Below are positions 10,607 through 18,791 of a stretch of 36,428 bases of DNA, piece after piece. The stretch is taken from assembly GCA_008501835.1 (NCBI GenBank), contig QQUB01000450.1, positions 1 to 36,428 of the forward strand, in the 5' to 3' direction. Under the pieces are notes generated by a model, which was not told where the DNA came from, made no database searches, and was given only the letters and a program-made list of their open reading frames with translations. Origin of the DNA: Bacteroidota bacterium (GTDB taxonomy: Bacteria; Bacteroidota; Bacteroidia; Chitinophagales; Saprospiraceae). A program made the translations under genes and the position numbers. How positions within the stretch are numbered: position 1 is the first letter of the stretch; every line of letters starts with the position of its first letter.

Positions 10607-12271
10607 ATGAAAACAGTTCTCTTTCCAAATAGAATTTTGAGCATTTTATTTGTATTACTCCCGGTTTTATTGATTGGACAGAATAGATTTTCCTGGGAAA
10701 ATGAATTTACCAAAATCGTGCATTATCCTATTATCGATTTCATTGAGTTAAATGGTTCTATATATGCTGTTTTTAAAAACAATTTTGGTTTTAGCGAAAT
10801 AACGGTTAACAACAGTGTCGTCATTAGAAAGATTGGAATGGATTTGGAAATTGAAAAGGAAGAAAAACAAAAATTGCACCATGGTAAGAAGCCAATGGGG
10901 ATCCAAAAGCTATTCAGTTATAACAATGATTTATTCATTTTAGGTAAGGTTGGCACAGGAAAACTGAAAGAACAATGGTTTGTGGTAATGGAAATGGATA
11001 CTTCCGAACTCACTCTAGGTAAAAAACGATTTGAATTTTTTACAGACAAAGATATTCCACAGTTTTTTTTCCCTGTTCAAGATGGTTCAACCGAAACCGG
11101 CAAAAATGATGGCTTTGTTTTTGTTTCGAAATTTATTGAAAGAGGAGATTCTATAGTTTCAATGGATATTTTTTATTTGGATGAAGCATTTGAAAATGAA
11201 AAAAAGTTTAATGTATCCTTGGATTTGAAGGGGCAGGAATTTGATATTAAGAAAGTATATTTTGATGGCGTAGATCAAATTTTTCTTTCAGGATATGAAA
11301 GGCCTAAAATAAGAAAGGCTAGTCTTTTTAGAACCTCTAATAAAATTTCTAATGGACATTTTTGGAGTATAAACATAAAGAGTGGAGAAGTAAACCATAC
11401 AGTATTACAATTAGATGACTTTGATCAAGGTGAAGAGAGAAAATATATAAGGGATTTTGATTTTATGGTTAAGGAGGGTTGGGTTTATATTTTTGGAATA
11501 TATTCTGAAACAGAATGGAAGCCAATGGAATATTCTCAGTCTGGGAAAGGACTATTCTTCCAAAAGATTTCACAGTTGGATCATAAAATCCAAAACTTTT
11601 TCTATCCCATTGAAGACGAAGTTATAAAAGATCATAATGAAACCAATGAAGAAAGAAAAGTGAGAAGAGAGATTCCTGATCTCGAAATAAACGATTTAAA
11701 GATCAATGAAATAGTTGAATTTGAGTCAAACGGGTTTTTAATATTTACAGAAGTCGGATATGAAAGAGTATCCAGTTCAGGGGGGCGTTATACCGGACCT
11801 AATTCTCGTTCGACACCAACTTCCGCGTATGAAAGCCATTATTCTGTTTCGAAAGATCTGATCGTTTTCCATTTAGATAAATCCGGGGAACAAATATGGC
11901 AAAGTCATATTGCAAAAAGGGATCAGAGTGAAGTCAACTATTTTCCTCCAGCAGGGTCATATTTCTACTTTATGGGAGAAAATCAAATCCAAGTATTTTT
12001 TATGGCGCCGGATTTTGCTTTCAAAAATTCAGAGTATTCTATAGCAAAAATTAAACCTATCAAATGGAATAGTTATTACAATATGGTTTTGTGCCAGGCA
12101 TCTATGAATTTACAAAATGGAAACACTGAATATAATATAATAAATACCACCTCGGGGACAAAGACTATGATACTTTCTCCTAAAGTGACTAAAAAAATAT
12201 CCTCCAACCGTTATATAGTTTTAGGTAGGATGAGAGCTAAAGCAAAATTTGGAATAATTGAAATAGAATGA
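10607..12271 (+). CDS. Hypothetical exported protein (AT-rich orphan gene)
   Basis: 554 aa with N-terminal signal-like MKTVLFPNRILSILFVLLPVLLIGQ. The long ORF lies in very AT-rich DNA. I recognise no motif. Confidence 0.6.
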   Translation: MKTVLFPNRILSILFVLLPVLLIGQNRFSWENEFTKIVHYPIIDFIELNGSIYAVFKNNFGFSEITVNNSVVIRKIGMDLEIEKEEKQKLHHGKKPMGIQKLFSYNNDLFILGKVGTGKLKEQWFVVMEMDTSELTLGKKRFEFFTDKDIPQFFFPVQDGSTETGKNDGFVFVSKFIERGDSIVSMDIFYLDEAFENEKKFNVSLDLKGQEFDIKKVYFDGVDQIFLSGYERPKIRKASLFRTSNKISNGHFWSINIKSGEVNHTVLQLDDFDQGEERKYIRDFDFMVKEGWVYIFGIYSETEWKPMEYSQSGKGLFFQKISQLDHKIQNFFYPIEDEVIKDHNETNEERKVRREIPDLEINDLKINEIVEFESNGFLIFTEVGYERVSSSGGRYTGPNSRSTPTSAYESHYSVSKDLIVFHLDKSGEQIWQSHIAKRDQSEVNYFPPAGSYFYFMGENQIQVFFMAPDFAFKNSEYSIAKIKPIKWNSYYNMVLCQASMNLQNGNTEYNIINTTSGTKTMILSPKVTKKISSNRYIVLGRMRAKAKFGIIEIE

Positions 12272-12448
12272 AAAAAAATCTTGTTTTTGTATTTTTCAAT
12301 AATGTATGACCATTTGATTGCTTATGGTTTGAACTTCCTATTGACCAATTCAAATTATTAATCTTCAATTCCTTTTTTACCCGGGAAAGCCGTACCTTAG
12401 TCCTCTTGAAAAAAAGCGTCATTTTGATGCTTAAACCAACTTAAAGTT

Positions 12449-13369
12449 ATGAGTTTACTGACGGTAGGTACCATCGCTTTTGACAGTATCGAAACACCAT
12501 TTGGAAGAGCGGAACGGGTTGTAGGCGGAGCCGGTGTTTATATTCCTCTGGCGGCATCATATTTTACGGATGATCTTAAGATAGTTTCGGTAGTAGGTGG
12601 AGATTTTCCCCCTGATGAAATCGACTATATGGTTTCAAGAGGCATTGATACAGAAGGGCTACAGGTTATAGAAGATGGCAAAACCTTCACCTGGCACGGG
12701 AAATATAAACCCAACATGACGGAGCGGGAAACATTGGATACTCAACTCAACGTCTTGGCTTCTTTTGATCCCGTTTTGCCGGAAAGTTATAAAGAGGTGG
12801 ATTACCTCATGCTGGGCAATATGACACCTTCTCTCCAGATGCGCGTTATTGATCAGCTCAAGAAGCGACCAAAGCTCATCGCGCTGGACACCATGAATTT
12901 CTGGATGGACACGGCTATGGATGAATTGAAGAAGGTGTTGCAATATGTGGATGTGCTCACCATCAATGATGATGAGGCCCGCCAGCTTTCCGGAAAATTC
13001 TCTCTCGTAAAAGCCGCAGCTTCCATTCACAAAATGGGTCCCAAATATCTGGTGGTCAAAAAAGGGGAGCACGGAGCATTGTTGTTCCAGAACAGTAATG
13101 TCTTTTTTGCCCCGGCATTACCATTGGCGGAAGTATTCGATCCAACCGGTGCGGGAGATACTTTTGCAGGCGGTTTTATCGGTTATCTTGCCTCTACGGA
13201 AGACCTTTCTTTTGAAAATATGAAACGCGCCGTAATCTACGGTTCTGCAATGGCTTCGTTCTGCGTGGAAAAATTCAGTATTGCCCGCTTAAAAGAATTG
13301 AACGACGATGAGATCACCGAAAGAATGGTGAATTTCGTGCAGTTGGTCAATTTTGATGCGAAGTTGTAG
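12449..13369 (+). CDS. PfkB family carbohydrate/nucleoside kinase
   Basis: 306 aa with the ribokinase-family signature DPTGAGDTFAGGF and N-terminal GGAGVY. Confidence 0.8.
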   Translation: MSLLTVGTIAFDSIETPFGRAERVVGGAGVYIPLAASYFTDDLKIVSVVGGDFPPDEIDYMVSRGIDTEGLQVIEDGKTFTWHGKYKPNMTERETLDTQLNVLASFDPVLPESYKEVDYLMLGNMTPSLQMRVIDQLKKRPKLIALDTMNFWMDTAMDELKKVLQYVDVLTINDDEARQLSGKFSLVKAAASIHKMGPKYLVVKKGEHGALLFQNSNVFFAPALPLAEVFDPTGAGDTFAGGFIGYLASTEDLSFENMKRAVIYGSAMASFCVEKFSIARLKELNDDEITERMVNFVQLVNFDAKL

Positions 13370-13450
13370 GTTAGTTAGCTAGTTACAAGTTGCTGGTTTC
13401 TGGTTGCTAGTTGTTTTAAAACCAGCAACCAGAAACGAGTAACCAGCAAC
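13363..13450. terminator. Bidirectional hairpin built from heptad-periodic arms between convergent genes
   Basis: The left arm is (GTTNNNN)n from 13363 and the right arm is (NNNNAAC)n to 13450. The perfect 13-bp core stem is gtttctggttgct (13396-13408) paired with agcaaccagaaac (13424-13436). Confidence 0.6.
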
Positions 13451-13457
13451 TGACATA

Positions 13458-14540
13458 TCAATAATTCACCCCTCTCAGAATATACTCCAGGTGTTGCATA
13501 TAGTCCCGCTTGGCCTTATTTGGTGCCAGGACAAATCCGTCTACATATAATAGTTCCTTTTTCTCAGGGTTATGTACCAGATAGCTGATGAATGGGCCGG
13601 CCATGTAATCATTGACCATTTCCCAAATGCCTCGAGCTTCCAGCACATAGTTTCCATTGACGGTTTTTACGGAAGTGAACATTGGCAGATCCGTATCATT
13701 GATCTTCACAAAACTTCCTTCAATAGTGGAAGAGATGTATTTTCTTCCAATATCATCCCGGATCTTTTTGAGACCTTCCGGTGTCAGTTGGCCCTGATCG
13801 GTATAGGGAACAGTGGTGATCAGAAGATTGCTGTTGTATTTGTCACTACTTCTTCTCAGCCACATCACATCACCATCATCAACCGCCTGCATGTAATCTG
13901 CAGGGATAGACAGGTCGGCTCCAAAATTCGTTAATGCACGGTTTTGAGCAGTGATATTGTTTCCGGAATGGAAAACGGCCCTTTCGATCAACGGTAAATC
14001 GTGATCCAGAATCTTCTTGGATACTCCGGGGAAGTTATCCACAATATTTTGCGCAAGCTGATCATGTGACCACGCAAACTGATAGAAGACAAACTGATTC
14101 TTGGCCCAACGGTCCTTACTGACCGGGCAGTTGTAGGAAAGATCTTCCTTGGATCGCTGAATGTTTGCTTCGCCGAGGTCTTTTTTGACCAATTGAGTGG
14201 TTTTTGAATCATCATCATTGAGGTTGGCAATGATGATGTAATTGGTCAATTCTTTCAGCAATGGCTGATGGTCAATATTGTCAGGAGTAAAATGTCTTAG
14301 GTCAAAAAGTGGCTCTGGTTGAGGAAGGATCAGGTATGGCCCCTGGTAGTAATACCTAAGGCTATCTCCGACGTGGCTTTCCCACATTTCCAGATCACAA
14401 ATGACATTGATTTGGTTTACTTTTCCGACCGCTACAGGAACAGGTCGGAAGCTATCGGTTACCTCATTCTGGCAACCCGAAACTAAAAGTACAAGTGCCA
14501 AGAAGCTTACCAGGTGGAATTGAAACTTATGCATATTCAT
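13458..14540 (-). CDS. Hypothetical lipoprotein (possibly DUF4837-like)
   Basis: The ORF runs to 14585, but MNMHKFQFHLVSFLALVLLVSGCQNE (start at 14540) gives a clean lipoprotein signal with a lipobox Cys. The family assignment is from memory only. Confidence 0.6.
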   Translation of the reverse strand: MNMHKFQFHLVSFLALVLLVSGCQNEVTDSFRPVPVAVGKVNQINVICDLEMWESHVGDSLRYYYQGPYLILPQPEPLFDLRHFTPDNIDHQPLLKELTNYIIIANLNDDDSKTTQLVKKDLGEANIQRSKEDLSYNCPVSKDRWAKNQFVFYQFAWSHDQLAQNIVDNFPGVSKKILDHDLPLIERAVFHSGNNITAQNRALTNFGADLSIPADYMQAVDDGDVMWLRRSSDKYNSNLLITTVPYTDQGQLTPEGLKKIRDDIGRKYISSTIEGSFVKINDTDLPMFTSVKTVNGNYVLEARGIWEMVNDYMAGPFISYLVHNPEKKELLYVDGFVLAPNKAKRDYMQHLEYILRGVNY

Positions 14541-14705
14541 TACGACGACTATTAATTTAATTTTCAAAAATAATACATTATACATGGCTCCGGAAATTTA
14601 AGGATGCAAACCAGTAAATCAACGGATTATGGGGCTTGCCTGCTGCATTTGGCAGGGTTGCTGATCGTTTCCTATTAGATGCCGGCCTAATCATTTTTGG
14701 TGGGA

Positions 14706-14738
14706 AGACCTCCGAGGTTTCGAAAACCTCGGAGGTCT
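14706..14738. repeat. Perfect 15-bp palindrome with a 3-nt loop
   Basis: agacctccgaggttt-cga-aaacctcggaggtct. There is no adjacent T-run on either strand. Confidence 0.8.
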
Positions 14739-14745
14739 GGGGAGC

Positions 14746-14785
14746 AAATAAAAAACCCGAATAATGACCAAAGTCAAAATTCGGG
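14746..14785 (-). terminator. Rho-independent terminator downstream of the MoxR gene
   Basis: The stem cccgaat (14756-14762) pairs with attcggg (14779-14785), with an inner tgac/gtca pairing. On the minus strand it is followed by TTTTTTATTT (14746-14755). Confidence 0.65.
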
Positions 14786-14816
14786 CTGGATGGTATTATA
14801 TCCGTAATTCTTATTA

Positions 14817-15788
14817 TTAAAACAGGCTTTTGATCACATCTTCTTCTGTGATGCCTTCCGCTTCGGCCTTATAATTTCTTACGATCCTGTGGCGAAGTAC
14901 GAAATTGGCGATAGCCTGTACATCTTCGATATCCGGTGAATATTTACCGTGGATAGCCGCATGACATTTCGCACCCAATACAAGGTATTGAGATGCCCTT
15001 GGTCCTGCTCCCCAGGAAATATACTGGTTGACCATATCTGTTGCCCGGTCAGTTCCCGGACGAGTTTTGGTTGACAGGGAAACTGCGTATTCAAGCACAT
15101 TATCTGCTATAGGGATCTTGCGGATCAATTTCTGGAAGAAAAGAATCTGCTCTCCGGTAACTACATGCTTGAGGTCATTCTGCTGAACAGTGGTTGTTGC
15201 TTTTACAATATCAATTTCCTCATCGTAAGATGGGTAATCAAGGAATATATTGAACATGAAACGGTCCAGCTGTGCTTCAGGCAGTGGGTAGGTTCCTTCC
15301 TGCTCAATTGGGTTTTGTGTTGCCAAAACGAAGAACGGTGCCGGCAATTTATGAGTGTCACCACTTACTGTAACCGACCTTTCCTGCATAGCTTCCAAAA
15401 GGGCAGCCTGTGTTTTAGGAGGTGTACGGTTGATCTCATCTGCCAAAACGATATTGGAGAAGATTGGTCCGCGATTGAATTTAAAATGGCGGTCTTCATC
15501 GAGGATCTCTGAACCGGTAATGTCCGAAGGCATCAGGTCAGGAGTGAACTGAATACGTTTGAAATCCAGGTCCAATACTTCGGCAATGGTACTTACGAGC
15601 AATGTTTTCGCCAATCCGGGTACCCCGACCAGCAAACTGTGTCCGTTGCTGAAAAGGGAAATGATCACTGCCATCACTACTTCATCCTGCCCCACGATCA
15701 CCTTACCTACTTCGCTTTTGAGGTCTTTATATGATTGTGCCAACGCGTCAACCGCTTCTACATCTGATTTAAATTCCAGTTTTGACAT
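14817..15788 (-). CDS. MoxR-family AAA+ ATPase
   Basis: 323 aa. VGQDEVVMAVIISLFSNGHSLLVGVPGLAKT (Walker A), RIQFTPDLMPSDITG and IVLADEINR (Walker B) are the AAA_3/MoxR pattern. Confidence 0.9.
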   Translation of the reverse strand: MSKLEFKSDVEAVDALAQSYKDLKSEVGKVIVGQDEVVMAVIISLFSNGHSLLVGVPGLAKTLLVSTIAEVLDLDFKRIQFTPDLMPSDITGSEILDEDRHFKFNRGPIFSNIVLADEINRTPPKTQAALLEAMQERSVTVSGDTHKLPAPFFVLATQNPIEQEGTYPLPEAQLDRFMFNIFLDYPSYDEEIDIVKATTTVQQNDLKHVVTGEQILFFQKLIRKIPIADNVLEYAVSLSTKTRPGTDRATDMVNQYISWGAGPRASQYLVLGAKCHAAIHGKYSPDIEDVQAIANFVLRHRIVRNYKAEAEGITEEDVIKSLF

Positions 15789-15868
15789 CTATGTATTTTT
15801 TGTATTTTTCTTCAAAGAAGCCGCAAGTTCTTAAATTAATTGACAATAAGCAAGCTTAATTAAATTAA

Positions 15869-16009
15869 GTTACGAGTTACGAGATTCACGTTGCGGGTTA
15901 AAGTATTCTTGTTAATTTTTTTAGAATTCATTTTGTCATTCACAAGGAAAATGGGCCACTTTAATGAATAATGATAACCCGAAACCCGAAACCTGTAACC
16001 CGAAACTTG
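15869..16009. repeat. Inverted pair of heptad-periodic tracts flanking a 74-nt spacer
   Basis: 15869-15900 reads gttacga gttacga gattcac gttgcgg gtta. 15975-16009 reads taacccg aaacccg aaacctg taacccg aaacttg. The arms are roughly reverse-complementary (cgggtta versus taacccg). Confidence 0.7.
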
Positions 16010-16015
16010 AATTGA

Positions 16016-16714
16016 TTAATCACAATTCCATAACATATCCGATAATGGATAGTTTTGATCTTGCAGGGAAAAATGCCACCATTCGGTGTTTATGGGCTTG
16101 AATCCGTATCGGAGCATTATTTCAGATAACATTTTCCTGTTTTGTAAAACGCTGTCGGGATGGTCCTGATAGGTAATATGTGCTTCCACTCCGAAATAAT
16201 CATATCCAGTTCCCATATCCAGTTCCTTACCTTCCGAGTCGACAATAGTCAGGTCCACAGCTGCACCTCGATTGTGCATAGATCCTTTTTTCGGATCTGC
16301 CACATACCTTGGGTCAGGAACTTTTTCCCACAATTTCCATTGAATGGGACGCGGACGGTAACAGTCGAACATTTTCAAGCCATAGCCTTTTCCTTGTAAT
16401 TCCTTTTGAATTTCCAGGATTTTTATCGCAGAAGCTTTACGCAAAAAGCATCTGCCGCAATCATACATTTGTTCTTTTACGAAATTGTCTGTAGTGGCAT
16501 ATTTCAGATCCATAATGATGGACGTATCTAATAAACCAATGTCTGTCCACACGCTGGTGTCGTAATCAAAAACGATCTTTTTTTCAACGACCATCTCTGG
16601 CTGCCCGACAACTTTCGTAGAATCCGGAACATTTTCCACGCTTATAGACTTCTCTTTGGTCTGTACGTTGCATGCAAGTAGAAAAAACAGAAAGCAGAGC
16701 AGTGAATATTTCAT
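16016..16714 (-). CDS. D-alanyl-D-alanine dipeptidase (peptidase M15D, VanX/DdpX-like), exported
   Basis: 232 aa with signal/lipobox MKYSLLCFLFFLLAC. It has the Zn-site motif SMHNRGAAVD (SxHxxGxAxD), FDCYRP and EWWHF. Confidence 0.85.
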   Translation of the reverse strand: MKYSLLCFLFFLLACNVQTKEKSISVENVPDSTKVVGQPEMVVEKKIVFDYDTSVWTDIGLLDTSIIMDLKYATTDNFVKEQMYDCGRCFLRKASAIKILEIQKELQGKGYGLKMFDCYRPRPIQWKLWEKVPDPRYVADPKKGSMHNRGAAVDLTIVDSEGKELDMGTGYDYFGVEAHITYQDHPDSVLQNRKMLSEIMLRYGFKPINTEWWHFSLQDQNYPLSDMLWNCD

Positions 16715-16728
16715 TTATTAAAGTTTAA

Positions 16729-16770
16729 AACCTGTAAAACCAGTAACTGGTAACCAGCAACCAGAAACTA
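16729..16770. repeat. Six-unit heptad tract of the GNAACCN family
   Basis: aacctgt aaaacca gtaactg gtaacca gcaacca gaaacta. The 17-mer aaccagcaaccagaaac (16752-16768) shares 16 nt with accagcaaccagaaac at 13421-13436. Confidence 0.75.
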
Positions 16771-16782
16771 AAGTTATTTCTT

Positions 16783-16790
16783 TACTTTTG
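16783..16790 (+). promoter_or_regulatory. Candidate Bacteroidota -7 promoter box (TAnnTTTG)
   Basis: tacttttg lies 20 nt upstream of the ATG at 16810. No clear -33 TTG is present. If real, it argues for the 16810 ATG over the 16798 TTG start. Confidence 0.4.
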
Positions 16791-16809
16791 CGTTCAATTG
16801 CCTGTTGCC

Positions 16810-18426
16810 ATGATAAATAAGCTTAAAGATATAGATAATCGTTGGTTGTATATAGCCGCGGTATTGATATTAATTCCGGCTTTATTCATTAATCTTGGAT
16901 TGATGTCTTTCATCGATGATGAGGCCATCAGGGCGTTGGTTGCCCTGGAGATGAAGATGTCCGGCAATTATATCGTGCCTACCATGCACGGGGCCTTCTA
17001 TTACAGTAAACCTCCCTTATTCAACTGGATACTCATCATTTTTTACAATCTCAGCGGAGTGGTTAATGAGTGGACGACCAGGATTCCTACCACACTGGCG
17101 TTGATGGGCTACGGTTACACCATTTTTTATTATTTCAGGAAACATTTTGATACCTATACGGCAGTTGTAAATGCTTTTGTGCTGATCACCTGCGGCCGTA
17201 TTCTGTTTTGGGATTCGATGCTGGGGCTCATAGACATTACCTATTCATGGGTGACTTTTACGGCGTTTATGGTGGTTTTTCATGAATTTAAAAAAGGGAA
17301 TTTCCTGCGGCTGTTTGTGCTATCATACCTTTTGACCGGCATTGGTTTTATGCTGAAAGGGTTCCCTTCTATACTTTTCCAGGGATTCACCTTGCTAACC
17401 TGGTTTTTGGTGGAAAAACAATTCAAAAAACTCTTTACCTGGAAGCATATTTTGGGAGGACTTGTTTTTGTAGCGATAGTAGGGAGTTATTATTTCTTTT
17501 ATTTCAATTACAATCAGACGGAAAGAGTTTTTGAAGGTCTTGCTCAGCAATCTACTACCAGGACTTTCATCGATCAGGGATGGTGGAATACTTTTGAGCA
17601 TTTGTTTACCTTCCCATTTGAAATGCTCTACCATTTTCTGCCATGGTCGTTATTGATCATCCACTTTGTCAGAAAAGATATTCGTTCCCAGATTCAGGAG
17701 AATAGGTTTATTTTTTATCTCCTGGTAATATTCCTGGTCAATATTATTGTGTATTGGACATCCCCTCAGGTTTATCCGAGATATGTATTGATGCATGCTC
17801 CTTTGTTATTTGGGGTGTTTGTTTATTTACATCAAAAGAATAAGGGCTCGTTACAGTTTAAATTGGCAGAAGGGGCATTCTTCCTTTTTGTTGCCGTTTT
17901 TGTCGGGATTTCATTTCTCCCGTTTTTCATGAAGGATCTTCAGGATCAGCCAAATTATCTGCTAAAAACTATTGTGGTGATGATACCGCTGTTTCTTTCG
18001 GCTTATTTATTCGTCGTGAAAAAGGACAGCAGGCTGTTGCTCCTGGCTATTTTCCTGCTTATTGCAAGGGTAGGGTTTAATTGGTTTGTACTTCCCGAAC
18101 GCAATGCTGAGGACAGCGGTGCTATCGTAAAGGAAACATCTGTGGAAATCGGGAACCAGTACAAGGATAAGCCGCTTTATATTTTTAATAATACCCGTAT
18201 GCAGCCGGCTAATTCTTTTTATTTGACCGTTACCAAAGGGGAAATCATCCATTTTTGCCGGGATACATTACCTCAAGGCGCTCCATTCATTCTTGACCCT
18301 TCAAGAAATGAAGACCTTGAATATCAAAAACTCGGCGAGATCTACATGCGTCATTTGGATCAGAGGTATTTCGATGTAGGTAAATTGCGAGGGAACAAGG
18401 AAATAAGGAACGAGGGAATAAGGTGA
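16810..18426 (+). CDS. ArnT/PMT-like GT-C fold glycosyltransferase (polytopic membrane protein)
   Basis: About 538 aa with many TM helices. The first periplasmic-loop motif DDEAIRALVALEM and YYSKPPLFNW are typical of GT83/GT39 enzymes. The listed ORF begins at TTG 16798, and the ATG at 16810 is preferred. Confidence 0.75.
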   Translation: MINKLKDIDNRWLYIAAVLILIPALFINLGLMSFIDDEAIRALVALEMKMSGNYIVPTMHGAFYYSKPPLFNWILIIFYNLSGVVNEWTTRIPTTLALMGYGYTIFYYFRKHFDTYTAVVNAFVLITCGRILFWDSMLGLIDITYSWVTFTAFMVVFHEFKKGNFLRLFVLSYLLTGIGFMLKGFPSILFQGFTLLTWFLVEKQFKKLFTWKHILGGLVFVAIVGSYYFFYFNYNQTERVFEGLAQQSTTRTFIDQGWWNTFEHLFTFPFEMLYHFLPWSLLIIHFVRKDIRSQIQENRFIFYLLVIFLVNIIVYWTSPQVYPRYVLMHAPLLFGVFVYLHQKNKGSLQFKLAEGAFFLFVAVFVGISFLPFFMKDLQDQPNYLLKTIVVMIPLFLSAYLFVVKKDSRLLLLAIFLLIARVGFNWFVLPERNAEDSGAIVKETSVEIGNQYKDKPLYIFNNTRMQPANSFYLTVTKGEIIHFCRDTLPQGAPFILDPSRNEDLEYQKLGEIYMRHLDQRYFDVGKLRGNKEIRNEGIR

Positions 18427-18457
18427 AAATAAAAGGAGACAGGGTGTGAGGGAAGAA
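18389..18457 (+). repeat. Purine-rich (about 85-90% A/G) tract spanning the 3' codons and stop of the glycosyltransferase gene
   Basis: gagggaacaaggaaataaggaacgagggaataaggtgaaaataaaaggagacagggtgtgagggaagaa. It contains gagggaataaggtga (18412-18426), which is near-identical to a 15-mer at the 3' end of the 33104..33934 gene. Confidence 0.7.
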
Positions 18458-18476
18458 TTACCCTATTGCAAATAGC

Positions 18477-18630
18477 TTTAACCACAGGGTTCACTGAGAA
18501 GGCACAGGGTTCACTGAGGTTGTAATAAAACAACTTATAACTCCGTATAACATTTTCTGTCTACGTTCTTGTATTATTTCACGTTAGTCTTTGCGAACCT
18601 TGCGCATCCCTAGCGCTCTTAGCGGTTAAA
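18477..18630. repeat. 154-bp element bounded by 7-bp terminal inverted repeats (TTTAACC...GGTTAAA), MITE/REP-like
   Basis: The left end has a tandem 16-bp repeat cacagggttcactgag (18483-18498 and 18503-18518). The right end has about 10-nt periodic ctttgcgaa ccttgcgcat ccctagcgct cttagcgg. It has no coding capacity. Confidence 0.55.
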
Positions 18631-18660
18631 CGTCCCTCTTCACTCAAACCCACACCTGGC

Positions 18661-18716
18661 TGCCTACTGAAGACTGCGGACTGAAGACTGTGGCCTGCGG
18701 ACTGCCGACAGGGAAC
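18661..18716. repeat. Eight-unit heptad tract of the TGNNGAC family
   Basis: tgcctac tgaagac tgcggac tgaagac tgtggcc tgcggac tgccgac agggaac. Confidence 0.8.
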
Positions 18717-18760
18717 TAAATACTATTTTCCCACCTTATCAGTATAGGGTACGTCAAAAC

Positions 18761-18791
18761 TTGTTATCTAGGGTAAAATCACATAATTTTG
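18761..18791 (+). promoter_or_regulatory. Candidate Bacteroidota promoter for thrS (-33 TTG and -7 TAnnTTTG)
   Basis: TTG at 18761-18763 and taattttg at 18784-18791, with 20-nt spacing, about 85 nt upstream of the thrS ATG. Confidence 0.5.

Noticed and set aside
12237-12422. 61-aa ORF on the minus strand between the orphan gene and the PfkB gene
   Set aside because: It sits in AT-rich intergenic DNA, has a basic low-complexity product, no start context and no homology signal.
12659-13934. Antisense ORFs 12659..13072 (-) and 13572..13934 (+), each over 110 aa
   Set aside because: Each lies fully inside a gene with clear family motifs or a lipoprotein signal on the opposite strand. They are typical shadow ORFs.
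13363-18716. Heptad and 16-mer tandem repeats as a possible CRISPR array
   Set aside because: The units are 7-20 nt with no unique spacers of 25-40 nt, and no cas genes are nearby. They are not CRISPR.
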